From an archaeon (lineage in GTDB: Bacteria; Gemmatimonadota; Glassbacteria; GWA2-58-10), in assembly GCA_035528795.1 (NCBI GenBank), contig DATKXY010000274.1, forward strand, positions 958-64,957: 64,000 bases of DNA. The letters are read 5' to 3'. This document shows, piece by piece, positions 27,957-37,024 of the stretch (position 1 is its first letter; each line of letters begins with the position of its first letter). The translations under genes were made by a program, and so were the position numbers. The notes under the pieces are model-generated. The model was not told the origin of the DNA and did not search any database. It was given only the letters and a program-made list of their open reading frames with translations.

Positions 27957-29336
27957 TTAATGCTTTAACCTAACAATTACGCAGCGCTGCAGCGATTTAT
28001 CCCTTGCGGGCTTGCCCGGTTCGACAGGAAACTCTCCGCCGGCCAGCAGCTCCAGGCGACCCTCAGCAACTCCCTCGCTCACCAGATAATCCCGGACAGC
28101 CCGGGCCCTTCTTTCGGAAAGTCTGAGATTGGACTCCAAGGAACCGAGATTGTCTGTGTAGCCTATCAGCTCAAGCTCCACTTTGGGAGCTAATTTCATG
28201 AGCTGCGCAATCCGGACCATGTCGCCAAAGAACCGGGCCCCGACCTGAGCCCGATTACTCGGGAATAAAACTTCCAGATAAAACTCTTGCGGGGTCACGC
28301 GGGAGCAGCCTTTTTCATCCACCGGGAGATTGGGCGGAGAGTCAGGGCACTTGTCAATACCGTCGGGAACTCCGTCACTGTCCGAATCAACCGTCCTGCC
28401 GCTTGCATCGACCACCGCGCCTTTTGGAGTGTTCGGTTCAATGTCTAGTTGGTCTATTATACCGTCGCCGTCTTTATCAGCGGGAGGCACAGGTTTTTCT
28501 ACCGCTTTCTTTTCCACCGGGCAGCCCTGTTCATCTACCCGGGTGCCGGCCGGGGTATCCGGGCAGCGGTCCAGGTAATCCGGCACCCCATCCTGGTCTT
28601 TATCGATCGGGCAGCCGTTAGAGTAAACCTCGACTCCAAGCGGTGTACCTGGACACTGGTCTTTTTCATCCGGGATCCCGTCGCTGTCGGAGTCCACCAC
28701 CTTCTTCTCTACTCTGCCGAAAAGGATCGTAATTCCGGCGCCCACCTCCAGGTTGTGGTTCTTACGGTCGCCGCGCAAATCGCCGTCAATAAAATCGCGG
28801 TCCAGGTAATGGTCATAGGCTTCGAAACGCAAGCCCAGATGCCTGTTAACGAAGCATTCAAAGCCTGCACCGAAAACAAGCAGCTTACGTTTTTCATTTT
28901 TTTCTACAGAGACCGGCTCCCCATTGATATCTCTGATCGGGGAATCGAGCTGCATTTCGGCCCGCCCGGTAGAGACTGAAAAAAACGGGACTACGGGGCC
29001 GAGCGGAAGAGTGATGCGGGCTCCGACACCGTATGCATCATAGCGCGCAGATTGTTTTAATTTTCCAGGCGTATCGTCCGGGCTGATCTCCGATGGTCCG
29101 CGCATATAGAAACCTTCAATCCCTAAAACAGGGCAGAAATCGAGGCCTCCTCTTACTCCCCACAGCGGTCCGTCATCCAGACGGTTGGCGACGTAATAAT
29201 CCATCCAGTGGCCCAGCACAGGGCTGACATGCAAGGTGCCTGCGCGGTGGTTGCCCGCAGCCGCAGGCTGAACCCAGACAAAAAATACAGCCAGGACCAA
29301 AAGCCGGAATAAAATCTGACGAAATAACTGCATCAT
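27957..29336 (-). CDS. Paralogous OmpA-family/TSP3-repeat outer-membrane protein (tandem duplicate of 26516..27925)
   Basis: Same architecture and about 55-60% identity by eye (GTLHVSPVLGHWMDY..., DSDSDGIPDEKDQCPGTP, LSERRARAVRDYL). Confidence 0.75.
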   Translation of the reverse strand: MMQLFRQILFRLLVLAVFFVWVQPAAAGNHRAGTLHVSPVLGHWMDYYVANRLDDGPLWGVRGGLDFCPVLGIEGFYMRGPSEISPDDTPGKLKQSARYDAYGVGARITLPLGPVVPFFSVSTGRAEMQLDSPIRDINGEPVSVEKNEKRKLLVFGAGFECFVNRHLGLRFEAYDHYLDRDFIDGDLRGDRKNHNLEVGAGITILFGRVEKKVVDSDSDGIPDEKDQCPGTPLGVEVYSNGCPIDKDQDGVPDYLDRCPDTPAGTRVDEQGCPVEKKAVEKPVPPADKDGDGIIDQLDIEPNTPKGAVVDASGRTVDSDSDGVPDGIDKCPDSPPNLPVDEKGCSRVTPQEFYLEVLFPSNRAQVGARFFGDMVRIAQLMKLAPKVELELIGYTDNLGSLESNLRLSERRARAVRDYLVSEGVAEGRLELLAGGEFPVEPGKPARDKSLQRCVIVRLKH

Positions 29337-29414
29337 TCCTCCAGATAAAGTGAGATGATTTGATTATAACGACATAGAATGAGTGTGTTTCATGGATAAA
29401 ACGCGTCGAATATA

Positions 29415-29440
29415 AACCCGAACTCTAGCCAAAAATATTT
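29415..29440. repeat. 26-nt intergenic repeat tctagccaaaaatatttgaaatttat. A second copy lies at 47299-47324.
   Basis: The two copies match at 25 of 26 positions by direct comparison. Confidence 0.5.
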
Positions 29441-29824
29441 GAAATTTATCGCAATCTATTCAGTTGATCGACCTGAGATCATTCTCGATCTGTTTTTAAG
29501 GAGAATTCAGGAGACAGAAGTCAGGAGTCAGCCATTCATGGCGCTTCGCGTCACCCTGAAAGAAACGAAAATATATAGATCTGTAGGGACACAGCATGCT
29601 GTGTCCGTTCATTGGCCATTATTTAAACCAAGATATTCGACCAATTGGATATGTATTTTCATAGTAGAATATAAAATTTTCCCCCCTGCCCCAAGTAACC
29701 TGCCCCGGCCTTTTCTACCATGCTTCGGACTCGATGTATTTGGGGCGGGGACCACTGACTACTGACTCCTGTATTCTGTATTCTCACATCGACAATTTGT
29801 TGTCGATGTAGGCGCATTAAGCGC

Positions 29825-30568
29825 CTAATAACAGTGCAACTGGGAAGCGAAACAGGCGCGGATCCGGTCTGTGCGGGCCTGATCGCTGACAGATACCACA
29901 GGGGGCTCCTCCCCGGCTCGGGCCATTTTTTCGGCAACCCTGATCACCAGGCAATTGATAATGAAAGAATGCAGAATGGTCGCCACAGCCCCCACTTTTA
30001 TTTCCGGATAGCCTTTTACTGGAATAACAGTCTCCTGGGGGTCCATGTGGTTGTCGATAACCATATCTGCCACCTCGAACAGGTTCTTGCCGGTAGGGTG
30101 GCGGTTGGCTGCGGCTTCCGGCACGGAGCGGGAGAAAGCCGGGCAGGTTATGGCTATCACTTTTGCGCCTAGCTCCCTGGCCCGGATAGCGGCCTGGACA
30201 CAAACAGCGTTGAAGCCATAAGCATTGGCGATAATCAACACATCCCCCTGGCCGATCCCGTAATAAGCCAGACAGGCGTCGGCATGTGAGCTTTGTCCCT
30301 CGAGGCGGTGGGCGAAACGCATACCGTTGGCTGCACTTAACGATATATCCAGCAGTGCGTTAATCGGTATCAATCCGCCCTTGCGGCAGAAAGCATCCTC
30401 GGCGGCGATATTGCTGTGCACCCCGGGACCATAAATATGGACGACCTTGCCCTGGCGAAACCTCTGTAGCATGGCTTCCGCTGCTGAGTCGATAACATGG
30501 CGCTCATTTTCGAGCACCTTGCCAAGACAGGCGCTAACATATTCCAGATATTGAGCTAAACCATCCAC
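29825..30568 (-). CDS. SIS-domain phosphosugar-binding protein (single SIS, about 247 aa)
   Basis: VHIYGPGVHSNIAAED ... DVLIIANAYGFNAVCVQAAIRARELGAKVIAIT matches the SIS-domain glycine-rich and Ser/Thr-loop patterns. Confidence 0.5.
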   Translation of the reverse strand: MDGLAQYLEYVSACLGKVLENERHVIDSAAEAMLQRFRQGKVVHIYGPGVHSNIAAEDAFCRKGGLIPINALLDISLSAANGMRFAHRLEGQSSHADACLAYYGIGQGDVLIIANAYGFNAVCVQAAIRARELGAKVIAITCPAFSRSVPEAAANRHPTGKNLFEVADMVIDNHMDPQETVIPVKGYPEIKVGAVATILHSFIINCLVIRVAEKMARAGEEPPVVSVSDQARTDRIRACFASQLHCY

Positions 30569-30621
30569 TTTTTTTCACCCGCTGTTTAACAAAATAGGGT
30601 TCCCTGTAGTAAGAGCCGGGT

Positions 30622-32220
30622 TCAGCTCTCTTTCTCCAGACTTTCCCCATCTAAGGATTTGGACTCCAGATTCAAGGAAGTGGGCACTATCTTACCTGTC
30701 TGGCGGTGGAGATAACCTGGTATTTTCTCGTGGCTTGCCGGGGTAACCTCTTCATCGTACCCATTTTTAGCAGCGATTGCCGCCCCGATCAGCATTATCC
30801 CACCCCCGACAAAAATCGACTCTCCATATCCGCCGATAGTCAAATAGTAGAGCACACCGACCATAATGGCCAGGACCAATACCAGGGGCAAAGCAAAAAT
30901 CATTTTTTTAAATGCATTGGTCATACGGATATTCCCGGACAAATTATCGAAATAATAATTAATGACCTGATTTGCAGCTCTCTGGGATGAATCGAAATAA
31001 AAAAAATTTCCAAGACAGGTAAGAATAAAAAATTCCTGTTCCATCTTGGAGGTGTACTTGCCGTATAAATAATGCTCTTCTTTGTCCAGGCTTTTGATTA
31101 CCGCCACAACATAGCCTCCAGACAGCCGGTAACACTGTCCCTCTTTTACTGGTGATTGAAGATTGTAGAGCACCTCGGAGCGCAGAAAAAACTTGCCTTT
31201 CTTGGTCTGCTTTGCCTGACTGAAAAAGCTGTTACTGATAGTCCGCCGCGCATGAGACATATCTGAGCCTGCGACAGCCGGGCAGACAAAATCATATTGC
31301 AAGGCCACTTCATGAGCGCCTATCACCGCTTTAGAGCGAATATAGTCTTTGAGGCTCGAGACACCATTTTCCTCTATCTCCGCCACAATGATTTCGATAT
31401 ACAACTCCAGCATGACTTTCCTGAGACGGCTGAATTCACAGGGGTATTCGCTGAACATTTCGAACAACTGATCGCATTTTGCAGCAGCTTCACCTTTAAA
31501 TGTATTCTCCAGGGTGAGATTTTCCTTAATATCCATAATCTTCTTGGAGGCTTCCGCCATTTTATAATCTAGGTAGTTCTTGCTCACCAGGTTTTCATTA
31601 AAAACAGCAGGCAATCCCACCTCGCTAATTATCGCGTTAATGCTCAAATCGCTCTCTGGAACTCCTTTGAGCACGCGGTAGCGGGAATTAAAGAATTTGT
31701 GGAGGCCTTTATCCCAGATGTAATCGTACAACCGCATGAGCTCGAGCTCCTGGATCAGCTCGATCAACCGCTCGTTGGACTGATTGCCGAAAATCATAAA
31801 ATAGAGCTTTTTCAGCTCCTGATTCTCAAGCTCCCGGGCACCAAACAAATTGACCAGGCTTTTCCCCTCCGCCCTGGGAGAAAGCATTAGCTGGAGCGTG
31901 GCGATCTCACAACTTTTCGGCATCTGGTCAAGCTGGAAAACCCCGGCCGCTTTTCTGTCAAGAAATTTATCGAGCAGCGTTAAACTTATACCATGCCTTA
32001 AAGAAATAGCTGACATGCCGCCGTAATTTCTGGCCAATATCTCCTCTATTATCTGGGCGAAATATTCAACTTCCTCGGCCCCCTCGACCAATGTGGGCAG
32101 ACGGCTTAGCTTGATCTGATCCCTGATGTAATTTTTATTGATCATCCAGGTACCAGTTTTTGCAACGGAACCTGCAGGAGAAAAATGCTCCGACCCGATT
32201 TCCATTTTATTTTCGGACAT
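30622..32220 (-). CDS. Hypothetical 532-aa protein with two C-terminal TM helices and a possible N-terminal HTH. Low-GC gene.
   Basis: No family recognised. MSAISLRHGISLTLLDKFL resembles an XRE-type helix-turn-helix. The C-terminus MIFALPLVLVLAIMVGVLYYL...IMLIGAAIAA contains TM helices. Codon usage is AT-rich. Confidence 0.45.
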   Translation of the reverse strand: MSENKMEIGSEHFSPAGSVAKTGTWMINKNYIRDQIKLSRLPTLVEGAEEVEYFAQIIEEILARNYGGMSAISLRHGISLTLLDKFLDRKAAGVFQLDQMPKSCEIATLQLMLSPRAEGKSLVNLFGARELENQELKKLYFMIFGNQSNERLIELIQELELMRLYDYIWDKGLHKFFNSRYRVLKGVPESDLSINAIISEVGLPAVFNENLVSKNYLDYKMAEASKKIMDIKENLTLENTFKGEAAAKCDQLFEMFSEYPCEFSRLRKVMLELYIEIIVAEIEENGVSSLKDYIRSKAVIGAHEVALQYDFVCPAVAGSDMSHARRTISNSFFSQAKQTKKGKFFLRSEVLYNLQSPVKEGQCYRLSGGYVVAVIKSLDKEEHYLYGKYTSKMEQEFFILTCLGNFFYFDSSQRAANQVINYYFDNLSGNIRMTNAFKKMIFALPLVLVLAIMVGVLYYLTIGGYGESIFVGGGIMLIGAAIAAKNGYDEEVTPASHEKIPGYLHRQTGKIVPTSLNLESKSLDGESLEKES

Positions 32221-32224
32221 AATG

Positions 32225-32395
32225 ATCAGAATATTAACCCGTATTATTCACAAATTACCACAAAACTCGTAGGAGCGGACCGATGTGTCCGCCCGTCGTT
32301 CGGTAATTTTTCAATGGTAATCGGGCGCACACGCGGGTGCGCCCCTTCAAAAAACGAGAACAGAAAATTTTTATGAATTTTCCGGGTTAAATAAA
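32225..32395. repeat. Structured intergenic repeat element, copy B. It lies immediately 5' of the 30622..32220 gene.
   Basis: It contains attattcacaaatt (TGTGAATAAT on the minus strand), the hairpin gggcgcacacgcgggtgcgccc, and aaaacgagaacagaaaatttttatgaattttccgggttaaa. It is homologous to copy A (19371-19535). Confidence 0.55.
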
Positions 32396-32665
32396 TAAAT
32401 ATAATAAAATAGTTCTTCTATTGATTAATTCGCAACTATTTTTTAAAAATCAAGGAAACCCGCTAGACTTTCAGTGCACATGGCTGTTAAACCGGAAAGG
32501 CTAAAAGCGTGTTGATTATTAACCATTCACATTGGATTGAAATGAAAAGACGCCTGAGGGATATTGTTAAATCCTAATATATCAATAATTTGCATTGGCG
32601 GTTCGCCAACCGCCCCTACGATCCGGGTACCTTTAATCATTTGAAAGCGTTGTTTCAACCTATTT

Positions 32666-33415
32666 CTAAACCTCCCGATTAATGATAGAGGCTGCATATG
32701 CAGCGCCGAAACCATTATCGATATTGACAACCGTCACACCGGCGGAGCATGAATTGAGCATGGTCAGCAAGGCGGACAGACCGCCGAAGCTTGCGCCATA
32801 GCCCACGCTGGTAGGCACTGCAATTACCGGCCGGTCCACCAGGCCGCCGACAACCGAGGCCAAAGCTCCTTCCATGCCGGCAACCACAATCACCACAGCA
32901 GCCGAAACCAGATCATCCTTGCGGTAAAGGAGACGGTGGAGTCCGGCCACACCTACATCGTAGATCCGCTGTACAGGGCTGCCCAAAACTTCCGCGGTGA
33001 CCGCCGCCTCCTCAGCAATGGGAATGTCGCTGGTGCCGGCGCAAACCACTGTTATCGTGCCCCGCATTTTCGGCGGCTTCCCTTTGGACACAGAAACGAT
33101 TCGCGCCTTCTCATGGTAGACAGCCTCCGGAAAAGCTTCTTTTATAAGCCCGGCTACACTCTGCGTAACCCTGGTGGCCAGCAGGCTGCTGCCTTGCTCG
33201 AGAATGCGCTGGGCAATCGCTAATACCTGCTCGGGCGATTTGCCCAGGCAGAAAATAACCTCCGGAAAACCGCTGCGCAGTTCGCGGTGATGGTCCACTA
33301 CCGCAAAACCCAGCTCCTCAAACGGCAGAGTCTTGAGCATTGCCATCGCCTGCTCGACAGTAAGCTCTCCCTTTTTGAGCCGGGTCAGGATTTTTTTTAT
33401 CCGCTCAGGGTGCAT
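32666..33415 (-). CDS. LarB-like PurE-related (NCAIR mutase-like) protein, a putative nickel-pincer cofactor biosynthesis carboxylase/hydrolase
   Basis: 249 aa. The C-terminal VVIVVAGMEGALASVVGGLVDRPVIAVPTSVGYG is PurE-like. An N-terminal extension of about 100 aa is typical of LarB. Confidence 0.5.
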   Translation of the reverse strand: MHPERIKKILTRLKKGELTVEQAMAMLKTLPFEELGFAVVDHHRELRSGFPEVIFCLGKSPEQVLAIAQRILEQGSSLLATRVTQSVAGLIKEAFPEAVYHEKARIVSVSKGKPPKMRGTITVVCAGTSDIPIAEEAAVTAEVLGSPVQRIYDVGVAGLHRLLYRKDDLVSAAVVIVVAGMEGALASVVGGLVDRPVIAVPTSVGYGASFGGLSALLTMLNSCSAGVTVVNIDNGFGAAYAASIINREV

Positions 33416-34392
33416 TGATATCTCTCCAGATATTGGCTGAAAATTCTTTGGACTTGATTCAGGCTCAGGCAGCTAAAAAGCTCCCGGCGCAGGTGCGAAC
33501 TCTCAGGCAAGCCACGGGTATAGCAGCCGAAATGCCTCCGCATGATGATAATCCCACGGGCGGCCCCGTGCTTTTCAACCATCATTACCGTATGTTCCAA
33601 AACCTGGTCGAACCGTTCCTGCAGGGATGGATCACCGGGGTCTCCGCGACCGGCGATCAGCGCCCTGGCGCGGCGGAAGATCCAGGGATTACCCATAGCC
33701 CCGCGGCCTATCATCACCGCATCGCAACCTGTGCTCCGGAACATCTCCAGGGCATCCTGCGGCTCGAAAACATCCCCGCTGCCTATTATCGGTACCGGGG
33801 AAATGCGTTTGAGCTGCTCAATCCGGCTCCAGTCGCTCCGGCCGGCGAACCTCTGATCCCGGGTGCGCGGATGAAGTGTCAGGGCGCTGATCCCAGCATC
33901 GAAAAGCCGCCGGGCCACCTCGAGATAATTGATCTGGCCGGGCTCCCAGCCACTGCGGATTTTGGCGGTTACCGGGATTCCGCGCGCATTTTTTACGGCT
34001 TCACGCACCAGGCTAGCGACAAGCTCGGGATTACGCAAAAGCGAAGCTCCCCCGTTTCTTTTGACCACCTTGGGTACCGGACAGCCGAAATTGAGATCAA
34101 TGAAATCCGGCTTGAACTCCGCAATAATCTCGCAGGCAGAGCCTATAACCTCAGGATGGGCCCCGAACAGTTGGATACCCAAAGGCCTTTCCTCAGGGGT
34201 AAAAAAAACGAGCTCTCTGGTTGCAGCCCCGCCACGCACCAGACCGTCAGCGCTCACCATTTCAGTCCAGGTGATATCAGCGCCCATCCGGCGGCAAATC
34301 CGCCGGAATATCGAACCCGTGATCCCCGCCATGGGAGCGAGTATTAGTTTATTACTGAAATCCATTTTAACCAGGGGCCTGAGAAAGTCCAA
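33397..34392 (-). CDS. dusB: tRNA-dihydrouridine synthase
   Basis: LILAPMAGITGSIFRRICRRMGADITWTEMVSA...IDLNFGCPVPKVVKRNGGASLL is the Dus TIM-barrel signature with the catalytic Cys in NFGCP. The gene overlaps the LarB-like gene by 19 nt. Confidence 0.8.
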   Translation of the reverse strand: MDFLRPLVKMDFSNKLILAPMAGITGSIFRRICRRMGADITWTEMVSADGLVRGGAATRELVFFTPEERPLGIQLFGAHPEVIGSACEIIAEFKPDFIDLNFGCPVPKVVKRNGGASLLRNPELVASLVREAVKNARGIPVTAKIRSGWEPGQINYLEVARRLFDAGISALTLHPRTRDQRFAGRSDWSRIEQLKRISPVPIIGSGDVFEPQDALEMFRSTGCDAVMIGRGAMGNPWIFRRARALIAGRGDPGDPSLQERFDQVLEHTVMMVEKHGAARGIIIMRRHFGCYTRGLPESSHLRRELFSCLSLNQVQRIFSQYLERYQCTLSG

Positions 34393-34439
34393 TATTCACA
34401 ATTTGCTCTTTGACTGAATTATTCATAAACCAGCATACC

Positions 34440-34680
34440 CTCGCTTGGGCACAACGAAGCATGAAAATCAAGAAGACACACCCGGTCCGCTTCGCGCCCC
34501 ACCCCTCTCAAGAGGGGACTTTCATGTAAATTCCCCCAAGCCCTGCGTAGGTGGACCTGTCTGTCCGACCGAAGGCTGATATGTTTCGGTCAGGCCAGGG
34601 CGCACGCACAGGTGCGTCCCTGCCCAAACACCGGGATGACATTTTTACGAATAATCCGGACTGCAAGATATTATTAAAAA
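34440..34680. repeat. Structured intergenic repeat element, copy C (a more diverged relative of copies A and B)
   Basis: cagggcgcacgcacaggtgcgtccctg plus gacatttttacgaataatccgga parallels the copy B modules gggcgcacacgcgggtgcgcccc and atttttatgaattttccggg. Confidence 0.4.
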
Positions 34681-34903
34681 TTCTTTAGCTGTTCAAGCTT
34701 ATTGACACAATAAATATAATCCTCGCTATCTGCATCGCCTAATACTTGCCAAGATCATCCCGCCAATTTAGCTTAAAAGCCTTCCATGTTTAATTTAATC
34801 CGTTTTTATTCTTTATTTAATTACATGCAGCTTGCCGGGTGTATAATTTTTCTTGCTTTTGCGTGCCCACGGATTGAGGCGAGACATTTCGTTTAAAAGT
34901 TAA

Positions 34904-35581
34904 TTGCCGAGCGGGATTTGCCTGATGAAAGAGAATCAAATCCATGAAGTGATTGAGAAACTGAAATCAGCCGCTGAAAGCTGGAACGTGCCGATTGTGA
35001 CCGATATCAGCCGCCAGCGGCGGGACCCGTTCAAGGTATTGATCGGCACTGTGTTATCATTGAGAACCAAGGATGAAACCACTGCCCGGGCCGTGGAACG
35101 TCTTTTCAAATTGGCGGAAACTCCCGCCCAAATGCTCCAGCTCTCGGCAGAACTCATCGCCAAGGCAATCTATCCTGTAGGCTTTTACAAGACCAAAGCC
35201 GCCAACATTCTTCGAATTTGCAGTCAGCTTGTCGAAAAGCATGACGGAATCGTGCCGGATGAGATCGACGAGCTTTTAACTTTCCAGGGCGTGGGCCGCA
35301 AGACAGCGAACCTAGTGGTAACGCTCGGTTACGGCAAGCCCGGGATTTGTGTCGACACCCATGTACACCGGATCTCGAACCGCCTTGGATATGTCAAAAC
35401 CAAATCCCCGGAAAAAACAGAATTCGCCCTCCGTAAGCGGCTCCCTTCCCAATACTGGATAATCTATAATGACCTGCTGGTGGCATTCGGGCAAAACCTG
35501 TGCAAACCGATTTCCCCTTTTTGCTCCCGCTGCCCCTTAAGCCATCTTTGCGAGCGGGTCGGGGTGAACCGCTTCCGCTAG
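34904..35581 (+). CDS. nth: Endonuclease III (DNA glycosylase/AP lyase)
   Basis: HhH-GPD motif (LTFQGVGRKTANLVV), catalytic Lys/Asp context, and a C-terminal 4Fe-4S loop CKPISPFCSRCPLSHLC. Confidence 0.85.
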   Translation: MPSGICLMKENQIHEVIEKLKSAAESWNVPIVTDISRQRRDPFKVLIGTVLSLRTKDETTARAVERLFKLAETPAQMLQLSAELIAKAIYPVGFYKTKAANILRICSQLVEKHDGIVPDEIDELLTFQGVGRKTANLVVTLGYGKPGICVDTHVHRISNRLGYVKTKSPEKTEFALRKRLPSQYWIIYNDLLVAFGQNLCKPISPFCSRCPLSHLCERVGVNRFR

Positions 35582-35650
35582 CGCTCAAGCTGCTGCGCCG
35601 AAAGGTTCCGCTCCCTTGATACAACAGCACTCGCCGGTGAAACCTGGCGC

Positions 35651-36796
35651 TCAGGCGACATTATCGGATTTGTCGAATTCCTCGATAAATTTCATGGTCT
35701 TGTCCAGTTTCTCGCGCAGTTTAATAGAAACCACCTGCATCTCTCCGACTTTCTGGCCGAGCACTCCGGAAAGATCAATAGCCAACTCTCTCGGCTCGCA
35801 CAAAGGATTGGGAAAACCGTTTTCATGGGCCAGGTTCTCGGCTTTGGCTACTATACAGGCCCCGAAAGCAGTTTCCCGGCCGAGCGCCTCATCGAAACCG
35901 AAAGTACCGCAATGGTGCAGGCCTACAAGCTCGCAAATCTCCCGGTGAATTTTCCACTGCTCGGCGAGCATCTTACCGGCAATCAAGTGGTTGAAACCAA
36001 ACGCCTCCTCCTCAAGCTGCATCGGGTTCTCCGGCCTGGGCTGGCCTTTCAGGCGCCCGAAAAGACCGGCGGCGGTTTCCTGATCGTAGTGGCTGTAAAG
36101 CACCCAGCCGATATCGTGCAAAAGCGCCGCTGTGGTGATAGCCCCCACGTTACGGGTATAGCGGAGAACCTCGCGCAAAATGTATTCGGCGCAAACCGAA
36201 ACCGCATGCGAATGTTTCCAGAACCCCAACAGGTCGAAATATTCGCTCTCTGCCTTGCTCTTGCTCAAGCCCGAGCGGATAACATGCTGAAAGATTATAT
36301 TTTTCACCTCATTGTAACCCAGATAGGTAATCGCCCGCTGAAGAGAATCTATATGATAGCGCAGGCCGAATGCCGCAGAGTTGACTGTCTTAAGAATTTT
36401 AGCGGCATAAAAAGGATTCGACACCACGAACATGGCAATTTCGCGGGGCTCCATATCATAGTTGATCTCAATCAGCGGGGTTTCGCCTAGATCCGGCAAA
36501 TCGCGCAGCACATGCTCCAGCCGCCAGACTGTCTCGACCTCGACCTGAGAGCGGGTCATCGGCCGCCAGCCTGCCGCTGAGGGCAGCTCGACAGGTTGAG
36601 CCTTGATCTCGGGAGAGATGTTCCTGGCCCCGGCAGGCCGGGAATCTCCCGGGGTCTCCTGCGGCGCCTGACTCTTCCGGTCATACCTGATGATACGCTG
36701 CTGAGGCGGTTTTTTTCTGCCGGAACGCAAGCGCAGCACAAGGTAGATAACAGAAAGCACCATAGCAAATAAAACGAAAAAATCCAATATTGTCAT
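35651..36796 (-). CDS. HDOD-domain signalling protein with an N-terminal TM anchor
   Basis: N-terminal TM helix (ILDFFVLFAMVLSVIYLVL), then HDOD-like FGLRYHIDSLQRAITYLG...LLHDIGWV...GLHHCG. Confidence 0.5.
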   Translation of the reverse strand: MTILDFFVLFAMVLSVIYLVLRLRSGRKKPPQQRIIRYDRKSQAPQETPGDSRPAGARNISPEIKAQPVELPSAAGWRPMTRSQVEVETVWRLEHVLRDLPDLGETPLIEINYDMEPREIAMFVVSNPFYAAKILKTVNSAAFGLRYHIDSLQRAITYLGYNEVKNIIFQHVIRSGLSKSKAESEYFDLLGFWKHSHAVSVCAEYILREVLRYTRNVGAITTAALLHDIGWVLYSHYDQETAAGLFGRLKGQPRPENPMQLEEEAFGFNHLIAGKMLAEQWKIHREICELVGLHHCGTFGFDEALGRETAFGACIVAKAENLAHENGFPNPLCEPRELAIDLSGVLGQKVGEMQVVSIKLREKLDKTMKFIEEFDKSDNVA

Positions 36797-37024
36797 GGCC
36801 CGTTATCCTGTTGAAGAAAGTAAAATCATTCAAATTCAAACAATTTCTAGCTATTCTATACCTCAGGCTTATCGACTGTCAAGCGTAAAGCCCGAAATGT
36901 AAATATTAATTGCAAAACCCCCTTCTAGAGCTTGACTGATGCCAAGGTTTATTGATACTATTGTTTATGAATTTATCTTAAATCTTTGACCTGCTCCATA
37001 CTCTCTCTTTATTGAGAGGTCTTC

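Noticed and set aside
33415-34417. Plus-strand ORFs of 310, 104 and 162 aa
   Set aside because: They are antisense to the dus gene.
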